The translations under genes and the position numbers were made by a program. Under the pieces are notes generated by a model that was given only the letters and a program-made list of their open reading frames with translations, was not told the origin of the DNA and made no database searches. A stretch of 63,078 bases of DNA, the filler included, from Bipalium vagum (lineage: Eukaryota), in the NCBI GenBank assembly GCA_037834085.1. It is 3 parts of 3 records of this genome, joined end to end, with 100 filler letters (N's around TTAATTAATTAA, not from the genome) between each part and the next. Parts side by side here need not be neighbours in the genome. Positions count along the whole stretch, not along the records: positions 27,367 to 45,168 come from JBBMKC010050585.1; 2 more parts are not named here. One strand, given 5' to 3'. Numbering within the stretch: position 1 is the first letter of the stretch; every line of letters starts with the position of its first letter. This document shows positions 27,773 through 42,559 of the stretch, in pieces.

Positions 27773-30700
27773 AGACACTCGTAGTCATAGAAAGCGCCAC
27801 TTTTAACGGTTCACAGCATTGTTAGTAAAGTAAATGTGATAAGTTTTGCTTGACTGATATCTAAATTTGGACCGTTTTATATTTTACTTTGAGATCAATA
27901 TGAACTTAAGGTAACTGTGTCATTATCTTTCAGTTAACGACAAGATTTTGATACGAATTTATGACAAAATATATTCTGATGAGATTAATTGTCAAAATCA
28001 ACTGAGAAAGTATTACTATTTCTGAAACCGAATCCCCGTGAAATTATTTATATTTACAGATGGTGGTTAATATTTATATATAATAATATACTAATTTATT
28101 TTTATGCTAACGTAATTACAAAAAAGCACATTTTTATCCTATAAGAATTTTAATTAACGTCTGTGACGTCAGTCATTATAAATAATAATAAATCTATTAA
28201 CACTAATCATTATTTTTTAAAAAATTTAACAATTAGAACAATGAACAGAGAACACACCTCAACTAAATTATACATAGAAGTTAATAAATACAGGAAGATT
28301 ATTCGATAATATTAAAAACGTTTGTATTATTTACAAGCCTTACTAATAAATTTCAACTGGTCTATTGGCTTGTGGTCCGTGACCTCATGTGGGACTTTTT
28401 ATGAATATATCCAAGTTTGTGCAAATATCTCAAAACGTGATCAAGAATATATATTGCTGCCAAATCAAAACTGTTCAATGATGACTCATCTTCAAGAGTG
28501 CGAACCAAGCCCTCGTCGTCTCAGAACGAAGCTGGTCTTCCAAATTGATGTCATAGCAGTTAAAACGGTTGGACCAAAGAGAAACAGTTGCATGGTTGAC
28601 GGTTTCATTATTGACCTTTAAGCTTCCCTGTTAGAAATCCCTCACTTCCAACAATACCGAATCAGGATTTGTATATCATTTCTACTTAAAGACATCTTTT
28701 TATAATGTACAAAGATTACATTGTAATTTTAAAATAAGTAATTTACATTTTATTATGCTGAATTATAATTATTGTGAATATTTTTTTAAAAATTGGGTTG
28801 TTATTGTACAAAACTTTTGTCCCAAACCTATTATTAACTTAAAGAAGATCATACAAAATTATTTGGAAAAAACTCAGAAGATTTCAATTTTATTTATTTT
28901 TTATACGGAAATAATGAGTGAAAATTGATTTTCAGATTGATAAAAATCATTTGTTTTTTCGAAAAATTAATAATTGACTTTGGAGAATTAGCTAAAAGTC
29001 ATTTAAAGCATTTTGGCATTTTTATTACGAAAAATGAATATAACTCATTCCAATTTTTATTGGCAAAAAAAACCAATAATGATATAAATTCTAAAATAAT
29101 TTCTAAATTTTAGACTGGTGGCACGATATTATAAGTGATATCATCTATTAGGTGTCACAATAAGTTCTCTGCCTCAAAGTCTACACTTTAGGAACCAATT
29201 GACAATTGAATGTAAATATTATACATTTATAAAAAGGAGTCAATTTTAAATTCCAAAGATTTTCTACAACTTATTTTGTTTCAAGACAAACAATGTTGAC
29301 AGGATGGCATTCTTTATTGACTTAAATAAAAATAAATTATCTCCAGACCAATCAATTGAGCTTTTAATAGCTGAATGACAAAATATTTTTTTAATAATTT
29401 ACGAATTAGATGTAAAAGCTGATTGAAAGAAAACACTCTGAAGTTTCGATTAAACAATACTATTCCAGCATTGTTTAAGCAACTGTTTCCTTCGTTTATA
29501 TACAGAGTGCGTCAGCAATGATTTGTTTTAATATCCAATATATTATATTATTTATTCGAGTGGCAGAAAATCAATTACAATATTGATATTGCAATGTTTT
29601 ATTAATGTTTTATTTTATTACTCATAAAGAAGAATTATAGTATGGAAATTTTTTAATTATATAGGCGGAGAAATATTATAGTTTTTCAATTTTTTTGTCT
29701 TAAAAAAAGTTTTTATTTTTTTATTTTTATTTAATACAGAAAATTTATTTTTGGAAAGTACTTAAAATATTCTTGCTGATTTCACTAATTTTCTTTTCTC
29801 TCATTTTAATTTTTGGAAAATTATGAAAGATTATCATTACAGATTATCTCATACCAATAAATTATTCAAATAGAAGCTTTATATAAAACTGTTATTCGTG
29901 AAGTTCGGCATAAATCACAAGATATATTGCCGAACCTATTTTAAATTAAAATTATAATTTTAAAAAAAATTATTATAAAACATAAAATAAATATTATTTT
30001 TAAAAAATACAATTTTTTTATTACATTTTTATAAATTTTGTTATTTCATAAAGGTTTTGATAATAATAATTACTAAAAATGATTGATGTAATCAGTTAAG
30101 ACCTTAGAGACATATTTATAGAAATAAACATTGATCTGATCATATGTAATAAAAACTAGATTTATACAATAAACCTAGTACAAAAACTATTGATTGTTTA
30201 TAAAAACAGTGTTCCCTAAAGTACTGAATAAGTACGTAAGTCAGTCGACAAATCGTAGTTCTTCGTAATATGTATATTAGATATTTACCATAGTTAGATT
30301 ATGGAATACTTTAACTGTTATGTTTACTCTCAAAACGAATACTGTAACATTTCTTATGTAAATGTAAACCACTTTGAACAAAGCTCCTAAAATGTAGATA
30401 TAATTACGTAAACTACAAAACTGTATTGTTTCTATGATTTATAGTTTTTAAGATACCCTTCAAAATGAGAAAAAATAAAATTAAATTAATAAATAATAAT
30501 ATTATTATTAAAATAAATATATTTATATTTTATTTATTAATTCGTGGAAAAATGAATTAAAATAAAATTATTTTTAAAGTTTTATTTTAATAATAATAAA
30601 TTATTTTTTAATTTCATTTTAATTAATTGCACTACCACAGAATTACACTAAAACATATTTTTAGTAATTTTTCTGACCACTTCACGATGTTAAGCGTTCA

Positions 30701-33700
30701 TTAATCCTAACATTACGTGAGACCGGGAGAAATAGAGAGGAATTTCAATACACAATTTATGATTTGGAAACTGTTTCAAAAGGTTTTATGATCAATTTAT
30801 GCATTCCATTAAAACAAGTTTTTCCTCCAGAAATGTCAAATATTATTTCGACTGTGAAATTACGACATGTTTTGTATAAACATATCATATTTTGATAATG
30901 GATAATGTGAAAGATTCAATCAGGCTGCTATTTTTAACATAAAAAATAATTATTTCTTTATAAATATAATTATAATTATAATCTTGATATTCAGTGTTAC
31001 TTAATTAAAACTTTGAAAATGTTACTTGTTTAGTGGTGCCATTTTTGTTTGTAGTGTGAGGGTTAGTTGGTTCAAAGGGGGTTTTCGTTATGATTCCCAT
31101 GTGTTGGAAGTTTTCTTTTTACTAATGTATGGAAGGGCTCATTTGTCTGATGGAGCTTAATCCTATCGAATTGATTTTTTGCCTATAACTTTTGCTTCTT
31201 ATATTTTTAAACATTACTAAAAACACTTTCTTTATTCTTTATTATTATTGCTTTATTTTTCTTTTTTTATTTTATTTCAACTATTTAATATTATAACGAA
31301 CAATTATTATTTCATTTCAGCACGGTCATCAGCCCTTCAACAAATGATGCCTTTCACAAGTAAGTATAAAAACTAATTTTACTTTTATAAAAGTTGTTAA
31401 ATGAGGATTTGTAAATTTTTTTAATATTTAAATATTAATTATAATTACCTTATAAAATCTTTTTATACATTTTTAAGGTTTAAACATAATATTAAAACTT
31501 GAACCTTTCATTATACCTGCAAAATATGGTCCACCTATAAAATCTTTTTAAAAGGAACTTATTCAATGAACAAGAAAATATTTAATGTTAATATAATATA
31601 AATATTTAATATCTTCAAATATCCGTCATCACAAAAAAGAATACCGTTCAAATCATTTCGCAAGCGGTTCATCGTAAATATTTGTTTGTATTTTCCAAAA
31701 ACGTTTCTATGGACATTTGTGGTTCATCTAAAAAGTAAATTATTTTTATTCTTCACTTAGATTCCGAATTATTCCCCATGAAGCTGTCCATCTGGGAAGT
31801 AGATCTGTTGTGATATAAACATTATTGTATTTAGTTCAAATTGGTTATTTGAGATTTCCTTGTTAATGGATTGACTTCGTATTTTAAAGAAATTCAGAAA
31901 ATCAATGAGCAATAAAGTTTGTCTTGCACAAACACCTTGAAAAATTGATAATCCCTACAAAAATGCGTTATTTTTTATCTGTGATCTTTTCCATTTTTTC
32001 TTCAAAATTTTTTCCACTATTGTTCATCTTTAACAAAGGTTGGCAATGAATTACGACAAAGAATTACTTCTTATATATGACGACAAATGTGTTCAAAAAA
32101 ACGAAAATGAGAAATAAAAATGAGTAAAGTAACAACTTTAAATCAAAGTATTATAATCATAAAACATTGAGCTCATATGTGAGAGAAATGGTTTTCTGAT
32201 GTCTTCAAGCAGATGGAATAAATTAACCGGTCAAAAGAGTTTATTAGTCAAAGGTTTCTGAAGTCAAAAACCTAGGCATATTAAGTCCGTGAAGACAATA
32301 ATTTAAGGATCAAGAAGAGAATGTGATTAAATTAAGTAAAAAGAGGAAATGTCTATAATTATAAAAACCAAAATAATGCTTGAAATTGTCGAGGTACGGT
32401 AAACAAATTTAACGACTGGTTGATTGAAAATCTTACGGATCATTATTAAAGAGGAAACATTTAGAGAATATCCTAACTATTATTGATGTGAAAGTTTGGC
32501 TTATCATTTGTGAAAATGTTCTTTTGCAATGTTAGGACAAATATGAATGAATTATATTAATCCGGATAAAGATCAATTTTTGAAGAGGTTATTTATTAAA
32601 TACTGGCTTATTTCTGCAGTAATCTCTCTATCAGTAAAGCTAGAACAATAAATAATAAAACAAAACCTTTTAGGTTAATCAATTATCAGATTATTAATGA
32701 AGGTTATAATAAAAGAAAACACATTGATAACATAGGAACGATATAATTTAATGTATATTGGGTTGTCAGGTATGAAAATTTTAGTTAATAATTGTCAACT
32801 TTAATAGCTGATTGTTTGAGATTGACTTAATATTTTATCATTCAGTTTCTTGGGTTGGTAATTCCTTTTGTTTAAAGTAATCTTTGTCAGCTGAAAAATA
32901 TTAATTAATTAACATTATTTAAAATGGATCATCATTATGAAGTGTTGCAACGACATATTATACTATGAATATATTTTTAAAAATACAAATACGTTATTCC
33001 AGTCTTATTCCAGTCCATAGCGGCAGACGACGTAGGGGTGCGGTGAATGATAAAATATTACATGAGAATTTACTATTACAACTAAGAACAGAAACAGTAT
33101 GCTTTATTAAGGCAAGAGTTCAAGGGAAAGGAGCGATGCATTTCAAACCAAGTATCGAATTACGATAGTTGTACAAAGCAGTGAATGAAATGTTGGAAAT
33201 TAAGGATGGAAAGATTCCAATACGAGTAGTAAATAAAGATGTAAAAGAAAAACAGCTATACAAAAAATGAAGATCGGACAATTACAGCCTTTAACAAACG
33301 AACTATACGCAGATTCCATCAATGTATTGTGACCAAGAAATATAAATCACTAATTATAACGAGTCCGAATTTGAAAAAATGACAAAACAAAAAGTGATCT
33401 GGAAATTTGGCCACGTATTCACAAAATTGATTATGACCTAGAATGTATATATACTCAAATACAAAATTATTCTTGTATATTTAACGCCCATTAAACAAAG
33501 ACCTTATAGACAACCATACCAAGTTAGAATATGAAATGAACCAGCTAACCAATGACTTGTTAAAGGTGGGAACTATCGACCCACGTTGTTATTAAGGTGA
33601 AGACTATTTATTCCGAAGATAAATTTAAGACGAATGACGTTGCTACATCAGAACGTTATTATTCACAAGTAATGTTTTCCTTTTTCCTGGGATTATGTTT

Positions 33701-36700
33701 AAGTTTTAATTCACTGATTTCTTTTGATTAATATTTTATTATTTGAGACATTTCGTAACCATGAGAATACTGTTATTTTTGGTGATCCTTATATTGATTG
33801 TTATTGTTGATATTCATATTTGAAATAAATACAAGTTATTGGTTTACTAACGGTTGTTATTTCGCACCACCTAAGAGTCGGAGTCAGTTAAATTTGATAC
33901 TCTAAATATTGAATATATGTGAAGAATCAATTCTACAAGACTAATTTTTATTTACTAAAGATTTTTCACTGAACGTTTTTTTATTTAATTTCATTCTTTA
34001 TGAAATAAAATTAAATTCGAACATGTTATGTTCTATCTTTAATCAATTATACAAATTTGCAATTAAAATATTTTATTTTAACTAATCAGAAAATGATTTA
34101 ATTAATTTTTTCATTTCTGAAAATTTTTTCCACTTCTAAAATACACCTTATTATTAATTTAATAATTGTAACCCATTAAATTCTTTTCAAGGTTTGTAAT
34201 TCTCATAGACAGATGTTACCTAAATTCACAAATTTTTATTTTTAAATTGTTTAATCATATATTTTTATGTGGCCCTATATAATTTTTATATTAAAATTGT
34301 AAAGTTCTTAATGTTCCGGAAAGAATTCTCTTGGTTGAAAAATATTTTAAATCGTCATCCTGTAAGATGTGGGAAGAGGAATTCGGCCTGGAATATGGAA
34401 ATTTTTACGAAGAAATTGTTTCAAGCAAATCGACAATACAACGCCTAGTTAACAAATTTTGCTTAAACGGGATCGGTATTCGATGCTCCACGATCAGGAA
34501 GATCAACTATTTAAAGTAAATCTTTGTCACAAAAGATTGCAACAAGTGTTATCGTGAATCGAAGCACATCAGCACGACGAATGCCCAGTGAAACTAAAGT
34601 CTGTCCCAACACTTATCGAAAGGTACTTAAAAAGAAGCTGAAGATTTAACCGTACATAATAAGAACGCTTTATGAAATCAAAGAACTTTATTTTTGTAAG
34701 CGAGTAACATTTTGTGAACGGTTTATTCATTAACATACTGAAAGTAATAAATTACTGGATAATTTTTTTTCGCACGAGGCTTGGTTTTAACTTTCTGGTT
34801 ATATCGATGCTCAAAATTCCCGTCATTGAGCCAGAAGTAATTCTCATGAATTTGCACAGCATCCTTTGCATTCCATCAAAATATGCGTGTGGTGTGCAAT
34901 TTCAAAATAATTGGACCCAACTTTTTCCATGAAGTCATAAATTCCTTTCTTTATTTAAAAATCTTTAATAATTTTATTTCTAAATTAATTAAAGAAGAAA
35001 TGTTGTTGGGATATTATCAACAGAACAACTCCAGACCTCGTGTCTCAAATCTTTCACTAAGCAGAATTCGCGGAATATCTGAAGATCGATTACATTCCAA
35101 AAAATTATGGCTACCTCGTTCTCCTGTTTTAATGCCATCTGATTATTTTTTGTCGGTTCATCTCAAACGAGTTGCATATAGAAAGAATCCAAAAAGAATT
35201 GAAACAAGCGATAACTGAGGAAATAAACAATATTAATGCAGAAACTTTAGAGAGTTTTAAACAATTTTCTTTGTCACATTGATTTATGTCTGAAATGTGA
35301 TGGAAACCATTTTAGCTATTTGTTATCATTATATCATTTTTTTATAACATTGTATCACTTTGGTTTTATGTTTATTTATATATTCTTTAAAAAAATAACA
35401 ATATTATAAGTATAATGTAATTGATTTTTTTTTAATTTTGGGTTACGTGACTTTATAGACACCCAATAGTAAAACGAATACAAAAAATTAAGATTTACGA
35501 TTGCTAGCACCACAAGAAATATTTGTGATATTTTTGCGTATAGCACCATCTAAGATTTGTTTTAAAAGTTTTAAAACGTGGATACTAATCTTGGAAATCT
35601 GTAAAAAAAAATTGCAAAATCCTAGAGGTGACCGCTTTTGACTTCATATTGTTACTACAGATGTAAAATGAATCTTATTTATTAATTAATGGAGAAGTTA
35701 ACATTGGATGTAAATGATCAATCTCCTGAAACAGTTGTCCAAAAGAATCTGTTTGAGAAAAGGTAATGATAGGGTCTAGTGGAATTTTCATTTTAAGTTT
35801 ATCACGTTTTGTTGTGAACCCTGAGCTTTACTGTGAACAGCTTGACAGTATCAATGAAATTTTGAAAAGAAAATATCCAAGCTTGAACAATAGAAAGCGA
35901 ATGCTTTATCAGTGTGACAATGCGCCAGTTCACCGGACATATTTGACGTAAGATAATTTACTACACTTGATGGGATTTAATTTTTGTCTCATCCAGACTT
36001 GTCACCCTCGAATTTTGTACTTTTTAGATCGATGGAACACTTTTTGAGAGGACAGAGGTTTATTAATTATGAAGAAGTTGAGAAATTTTAAAGGTTATTC
36101 TTTGCTTCAAAGTCTAAAGAAGAATGGTACAGTGAACAAATCTGAAAACTTACAGAAATATGGCAAAATGTTGTACATAATAACGGTTATTTTTTAAAAA
36201 ATAATAATTTATGTTTTGTTATTTTCTCATATTATGCATGATGTTTGTGAGAATTTTGAATTCACGGAAAATTTTGATACAACCTAATAATATACCATAT
36301 GACAGTTAAAAATTATTACTTACCTATTATATTTATATATATTAATAATTAGATTCATGTTACGTCACCTAACTTTTAAATAATACCATACTTCTTGAAG
36401 TATTTAATTTTACTTAGATTAAATTAAAATAAAGTTCTTTACTTAGATATAAATGCGTTGAATCCCGGTGTTTTTGTCCTATCATCGTCAATTCCTCTTT
36501 CAAAAGTGAAGAAGCAGACGCCAGTAAATCCAGAATGTGTGAATAATTCAAAGTTACCGAAACCAAAGGGCATCAATGAAACTGTCAAATCTGAAGCTGT
36601 GAATTTTATCAATGGTTCTGTGGAAGAAAATATTGAAAATGACAAAAAAAATCCTAAACGGAGAATTTCCCATTTTTTATCTCGTAAATATTCTCAAAAT

Positions 36701-36739
36701 AATTCTGCGCGTAATACAGTATCGGAGAGCGAAGACTAA
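27773..36739 (+). CDS. 3' part of an unidentified gene; candidate exons 27773-27820, 31321-31359, 36447-36739
   Basis: Three phase-1 junctions (ttttcag|..|gttagt; catttcag|..|gtaagt; tttacttag|..TAA) give TLVVIESATFNGSQHSRSSALQQMMPFTNINALNPGVFVLSSSIPLSKVKKQTP...KKNPKRRISHFLSRKYSQNNSARNTVSESED*. AATAAA follows the stop. The last two exons are better supported than the first. Confidence 0.55.
28340..28833 (-). mobile_element. 5' fragment of a mariner
   Basis: TIR-like TAATAGGTTTGGGACAAAAGTTTTG; MSLSRNDIQILIRYCWK*GISNREA...; VPHEVT (WVPHELT-like). Confidence 0.6.
33000..33600 (+). mobile_element. Ty3/gypsy pol fragment
   Basis: PIKQRPYRQPY...EMNQLTNDLLKVGTIDP matches the pre-RT motif PIKQRPYR.P...LL..G.I.PS. 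Confidence 0.55.
34310..35466 (+). mobile_element. Degenerate rosa/DD41D-related Tc1-mariner transposon
   Basis: SKSTIQRLVNKF, FSHEAWF*LSGYIDAQNSR, PLHSIKICVWCAIS, IIGPNFF, YQQ(N)NSRP...WLPRSPVLMPSDYFL (38 residues between catalytic positions); 3' end ...ATAGACACCCAA-TA. Confidence 0.75.
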
Positions 36740-37529
36740 ATTTTTTCATAATTTTAATAAATGGTTCTGGACATTTCCTATGATAATAATTTGTTTTTTG
36801 CTCCTTATTTATCATTAGCACAGTTTGGTCTGTCAAAATCTTCATAAATATGAAAATCGAAAGTACACGTTTTAAATATTTTAGATCTTTTCTCCTTTTA
36901 TTCACCTCAAACAAAAACTAAGATTTCCTCCAATAAAATAAACTTTATTTTTAGTAACAATCACTATTTTTGGTAACAATTTATTTTTATTTTGTTTATA
37001 AATGTAAATAAAACTGGAAGATAAATTACTCAAATATTTTATTAGAATTTAAATTACGATTTTTCTTAAATCTCGGAACTATTCTGTGGAAATTTTTGTA
37101 ATGATGAATAAAAAAAATTAATCTATCTTATTTTTCTACTGATAATAAATAAAATGAAAGAATCTGATATTTAGTTTAGTTTACATTTCCAAAACTTATT
37201 CTATATATCATTCGATGGGTCCTGGTGAACATTATTGGGATCCGTCCGATTCATAGTCAATAGTATTGCAATCTGGATCTTATATACAGACATTTAAGAT
37301 AACTGAAATAACATACCTAAATACTGATGTCGTTATAATAAGTTATATTAAAACCGATGTTAGTCTCTGGTTACCATATTTTCTTGAAACTTACCATATA
37401 ATCTCTTTTTCTCATTTAACCATTACTTTTTTGTAATTTTTTAATGTTTTCGAATCCATGACTTTAATTTTAATTAATATTAATAAAATTATAATAATTA
37501 TTAATTAACATCTATTCTAGAAATCGTAC

Positions 37530-37785
37530 ATTTTATGATCGATGTTCAAATCACATATTCTCCATGACACAAAATGATATTGTTCAAATCATCTCACAAT
37601 AAGTTCAACTTGAGTCAGCTAACATATTGTCTGATGTCCTGAGAACTGTTCTAAGAGCACTTATTTTGTGCAGGGATTAAAATGTTTTCATTCTTCTATA
37701 TGACTCCAAATTCCGAAATATAAAGCTATCCATCAGGTATATGTTAGGTGAATAAGGTAGTGGAGGGATAAGTTGAATCATTGAA
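37530..37785 (-). mobile_element. Mariner-like transposase C-terminal remnant
   Basis: QLIPPLPYSPNIYLMDSFIFRNLE...NIILCHGEYVI*. Confidence 0.55.
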
Positions 37786-38379
37786 TTAAAATTAAAACAA
37801 TTTAATTATAAATTACGTTTTTTAAATCTTTAGAAGAAACCATTGAAGAAAAGTCTGATAGCTTATAAAAAATGTTTTCATCAAAAATTTAGGTATGCGA
37901 AATGATTTAAATTCGTGTAATAATTTTTATATTGAATGTTACGTGCACATTCGATTTGAAATTTTATGGAATGAATGAAATTGACTATAAGATATATCTC
38001 AATCAGCCCAGTAAAAGTTTAACGACCAGATTGGTCCTCACAAAAACAATGTAAATATTCAAAAATATCTCATATCGCGGTAACCAACGACGCTCTGACT
38101 CTAAGGTGGCTTAGACTGAAGATGGCTTTCACTCTAGGCAAACTGTATGATAAAAATCATCAATTTTGAAAGGAATTTCTACCATTTCAACTCAAAATCC
38201 AGCTAAAGTCACTATCCCAATATAATCAGTATTTGAATGCTTCCTCTACTTTATCAAAAGGCAGTGTTTCGCAAAAATTCGAAAATTAAAATGCATCTCA
38301 AATAATGCACAAAAGCAAGCACTACTTTGAAGGGAAAATACATGACATTATAAATGTTACGGTTTTCTTAATTAGATTT

Positions 38380-38800
38380 TAATACTTCGTTGCTTTTCCT
38401 TGACGTTTGATGACCTCAAAAATAATGTTATGCATTGATTTTACTAATTTTTCTATAACTTCGGAGCTGATTTCCTTCCAACATAATATAGTTTTTAAGA
38501 GACTCAAAATCCCTTTTATTGACAAAATCTGTCAAAGATTTTCAATCGGATTACAATCTGGACTGCATGAGTTAAGCTTAATTGATAACAATGGGAATAA
38601 TTGCAGAAATATTTTTCAAAAACGTATCCGACAAATTTCTTGGGTCATGTATTTGCTTTTTCCTTTCTTTTTCATCTTCAGCATTTCAGCCAATAATTAC
38701 TTGTTACCACAAACTTTATCCATGGGTTCTTCAATGAAAAGAAAACACCAATATTCTAACAGCTTGGACAGCATCAGTATCTAGAAAAAGAATCTGTATT
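38380..38800 (-). mobile_element. Tc1 (DD34E) C-terminal remnant
   Basis: SCSPDCNPIENL*QIL...WKEISSEVIEKLVKSMHNIIFEVIKRQGKATKY*. Confidence 0.7.
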
Positions 38801-40339
38801 ATTTGTTAAAATTTTCGAAGAAAATAATCAACTTTGTTCAATTATTGTAATGTTGTTATTGGAGTAATGTTCATTTCATATCAGTTCAGTAAATAATTCT
38901 TGCTTAAAATTAATTCAATTTTTATTTATCAATATTGGCCTCTCCTTGTGTTAGAAATTAATTTTCTGAAATAAATTAACAAATTTTACTTTTCAATTTA
39001 GTACTCTGTGAGGTAGCCTGTAACTTTCTCTTCGAAATGAAAATGAAAGAAATTTAACAACACAATTTCATTCGTAAGCAAGACGCTGATGTTGTTATCG
39101 AAAAATAACATATTCCAGCAGTTAGAATGCCACTTCGGGAACGTGTCGATTATAGTTCTTACTTTCGCGAAAGATTCACTCCTCACCTGTTCCAGCACTA
39201 TGCCCACCTGACTGCTTCTTATTTTGCATCAGCTTCTCCTGATGGCTGTTCAATCGATTTCGATAGTGTTTGTATTTCTTAAAAGCGTAAATCTCGTAAA
39301 AGCGTTTTGCAACATTAAGCGGTTAAAGCATTATCAGAAATCCTTAAAAGGGATATTCTAACCCACCCATAGAATTTACCAGACATTGCTCAATTCTATA
39401 TCGCAAAGTACAACTGACCTTCATTTTCATTCATTCAGAGACACCAGAAATTGACTGAAATCTTGGATCCAATCAAAAAAACAAGTGATCAAATCAAAGC
39501 AAATCCGTTACATGTTTGAGAGATAGAAGCAGGTAGTGGCAAGCTCTGAACAATACTTCCAGCAATAAATGCACCAATTTTTGTAGTAGTATTTATCTGA
39601 GTTATTTCTGAAAAAAAATCCGGAAATTAGTTCACACATCTAAATTTAGATTGTCGTATATATCCTAAAATAATGCTGCATAATATTGTGACATTATGTC
39701 GTTCGTATTCATTTAATTAATTAATATGAAGCACTGCTGATATACATTAACTTAAATTTATTATAATAAATATTTTTTATTTTAAACCATTACGGCTTTA
39801 AATGAACGCAGGTAATAATTTTGTCCTCCGCAATAAAAGATGGTAGAATATTTGGAGATCATGTCTTCATTTTTGATTTGAGTCGAGAAACCATTATTAC
39901 AATAATGGTTCAACATTTCACTCAACTAATTCATGTCTCTTTACTTCGGTTTTTGTAACCCACTTGCCGATGTCGTGACTTTAATAATGAAAGAAATTTT
40001 GATATCCAATGTAATCTTAATATCCGAGATTTTGAATCTATTCGGTTACTATATCCACAATTACCCATGAGTCAAAAAAGGAAGCGCAACTTTAGGTAAA
40101 CGTGTTATGCTTGTTTGAATTAAATATATACTTCATTGCTGAATTATTACTCAAATTGCTTTTTACTATGAGCTGACGTAATTTACATTTTTCTTGTTCA
40201 TATTATCCAGTATCTGTCCATTGAAATAGACTCAAGTATTATTTTACAAACAATGGTATAACTATAAAGCATAGGTTACCGCTGACTCTGATAATAAACA
40301 GACTAGCTTGGGGACTGAAATACAAATACTACGGATACA

Positions 40340-42240
40340 CGCTTTTGTCAAAAGTAAATAAAAATTAATTTCTACAAAACAGTTTTCATTAAATCAGTTT
40401 AATTTCTTACGTCAAAAAATGATATTTTTGCTTAGGTCTATTTCAATGGTCAGGTACCGTAGTTAAAATAAAACAGCAACAAATTGTTGTGATTCTTTCA
40501 CAACAGCAAACCAGAAAAAAAGTTAACGAGCAAAATTATACATATTTCTAACGTTTATTTTGGATGTAAAGTTGGAGAGCAGGATAAGACCTGAGAGCAT
40601 CACATAATTTGCATATCATGTTCTACCTTGTTTATAGGACGGTATTCTGGGAAATGAAAATGTATACCGTTTGCATTGTCGATGATCTGGAGAGTACCTA
40701 CTAATCATTCAACTGACTGCTACTTTTGCATGACTAAAGTGACTGGTAAAAACAAGAAAAATAAAAAGGCGATAGTATACCCAGTCTTACGATCAGTTAA
40801 ACATTCAGACGATTTGTATATTCCGAAACTACCTCTGGGTCTACCTGAACTGTAATAGATTGATGATGACGAAGACAATACCAGTAGTGATGAATACAAT
40901 TCCCGTGAAGAAGAAATGACAAAGTTATTTACACAAGACGAACTTGGTGACCTGATAAAAGATTTAAAACTATCAAAAGCATCAGCTCAATTGTTGGGTT
41001 CAAGACTGCAAGAGAGAAATTTATTGATGAAAGATAAATTGATAATAATTATTACACTGACAAATAATAATTTGTCTCGACAATGATTAAAGATAATGGT
41101 AATCCTATATTTGCCATTTAATTTGTTCTGTTTAGGCATATAATTTTTAAAATATTCAAGATGTAGTCCCTGGTTTTTAAATTTTAAAGAGGATTATTTC
41201 CAAGGGTTCCCTTAATTTATGGATTCTGTTTAGTTTTTTGCTAATTCATTTCACAAATTCTATCTAATATTTCCATTATTATTATTACACAAACTTTTAT
41301 TTGTGAAACAATTATTTTTATATCATTTGACAGAAAATTGGAGTACCTGCAAAGTTATTTGAAAATGCGATGTGTTCGTTAAAGAAGGTTATGATTTTGC
41401 TTGTATTTAAATTCGAATACATAAAATTACTGATTCAACTGTTATCAGACAAAGAGGTTGCAGGGGTCCCTATGCTTTAAAGAATATATTAATCAGAAAA
41501 TCAATCACATTAAAGGTGAGAACTGTTGAACTAAAGTTTTCGCCTTAGATAGAAAAGAATCGGAACATGTATTCATGATAGAAAAGTATGAGGAAGGAGA
41601 CATCCAATTTCGTGATTGAAAGGATGTTTGATAAATTCTTAGTTTTATATAAAACTTTATTAAAACTAAGATCGTCTTGATATAATTATTAATATTAAAA
41701 TTGATTAACAGCAAGAAGACAGAAAAAATCAAAAATTTATTTCTGGAAGAAAAGTAATGTTAAAAAACAAGAAAACATATTGGAATTTGTAGACAATTTT
41801 TGGAGAAATGGAAACTAAAAAAAATAAAAAATTGGTGTTCCAGAAAAAATTGCTTGTTCGAAGTAATCAAATAAGAATCTGGGTAGCATATCTAGAGCCA
41901 ATTTTTGAAAAAATATAGTCCTACAATATCAAATTTTTCAAAAATGTGCAAAAATTCCAGTTTGCCTACAAAGAACTTTCAACTTATTAATAAACAAGAC
42001 CACGTGAACAATTAAGGCCAAAACCATGGTGTCAGATTTGGATAAAGTTCAAAAATTGCAGTTTAAAATTTCTCATATTCTTATACTTCTCTACAATCGA
42101 TTCAATACCAAAACCCAAATCCCATAGGATGATTTCTACATAAATAACTTAATACTTATTAGTTCTTAATCTGAATTATAAGTTAGCAGACCGCAGAGGT
42201 CGAATTCCACCGACACATATACATGGTTAATTTTTTGTGA
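40340..42240 (+). mobile_element. Decayed Chapaev (CMC superfamily) DNA transposon
   Basis: YFGCKVGEQDKT*EHHIICISC...PFALSMIWRVPTNHSTDCYFC...QDELGDLIKDLKLSKASAQLLGSRLQERNLL (40555-41030) matches the Chapaev N-terminal Cys-rich signature; outer boundaries approximate. Confidence 0.7.
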
Positions 42241-42559
42241 TCTATTATTATCTTATATTTCATAATTATCGCTTAACTTTCATAAAAAAGAGAGAAAAAG
42301 AAGACAATGGTAATATGAAATATATTGCTCTACATCTAAATATTTTGAAAGTGAAATATTGTAAATTTATTTCCAAATAATTTAAGACTTAAGGTGACTC
42401 TTAGGGTAATTCTAATATAATAATATAATTATAAGAAAAGAAAAACGTTTATGGAAAATAAGGAACTAAAAAACCGCCAAAATGTTTATTCTAAAAGGTT
42501 AACCTAACCCGGAAAATGTCGATGGAAAAAATATATACAAAATACAATGAAAAATGCCT

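Larger units (their letters stand above)
32758..36287 (+). mobile_element. Mariner split by nested insertions (5' part 32758-about 32980; 3' part about 35470-36287)
   Basis: TA-TTGGGTTG 5' end and MDHHYEVLQRHII; 3' part LHIVTTDVK*, RMLYQCDNAPVH, PDLSPSNFVLFRSMEHFLRG, WQNVVHNNGYF, ending ...CAACCTAA-TA. That the two halves belong to one element is inferred. Confidence 0.55.

Noticed and set aside
37180-37460. Possible minus-strand exons with GTAAGT/GTATGT donors
   Set aside because: All frames hit stops within a few codons and no consistent splice chain could be built.
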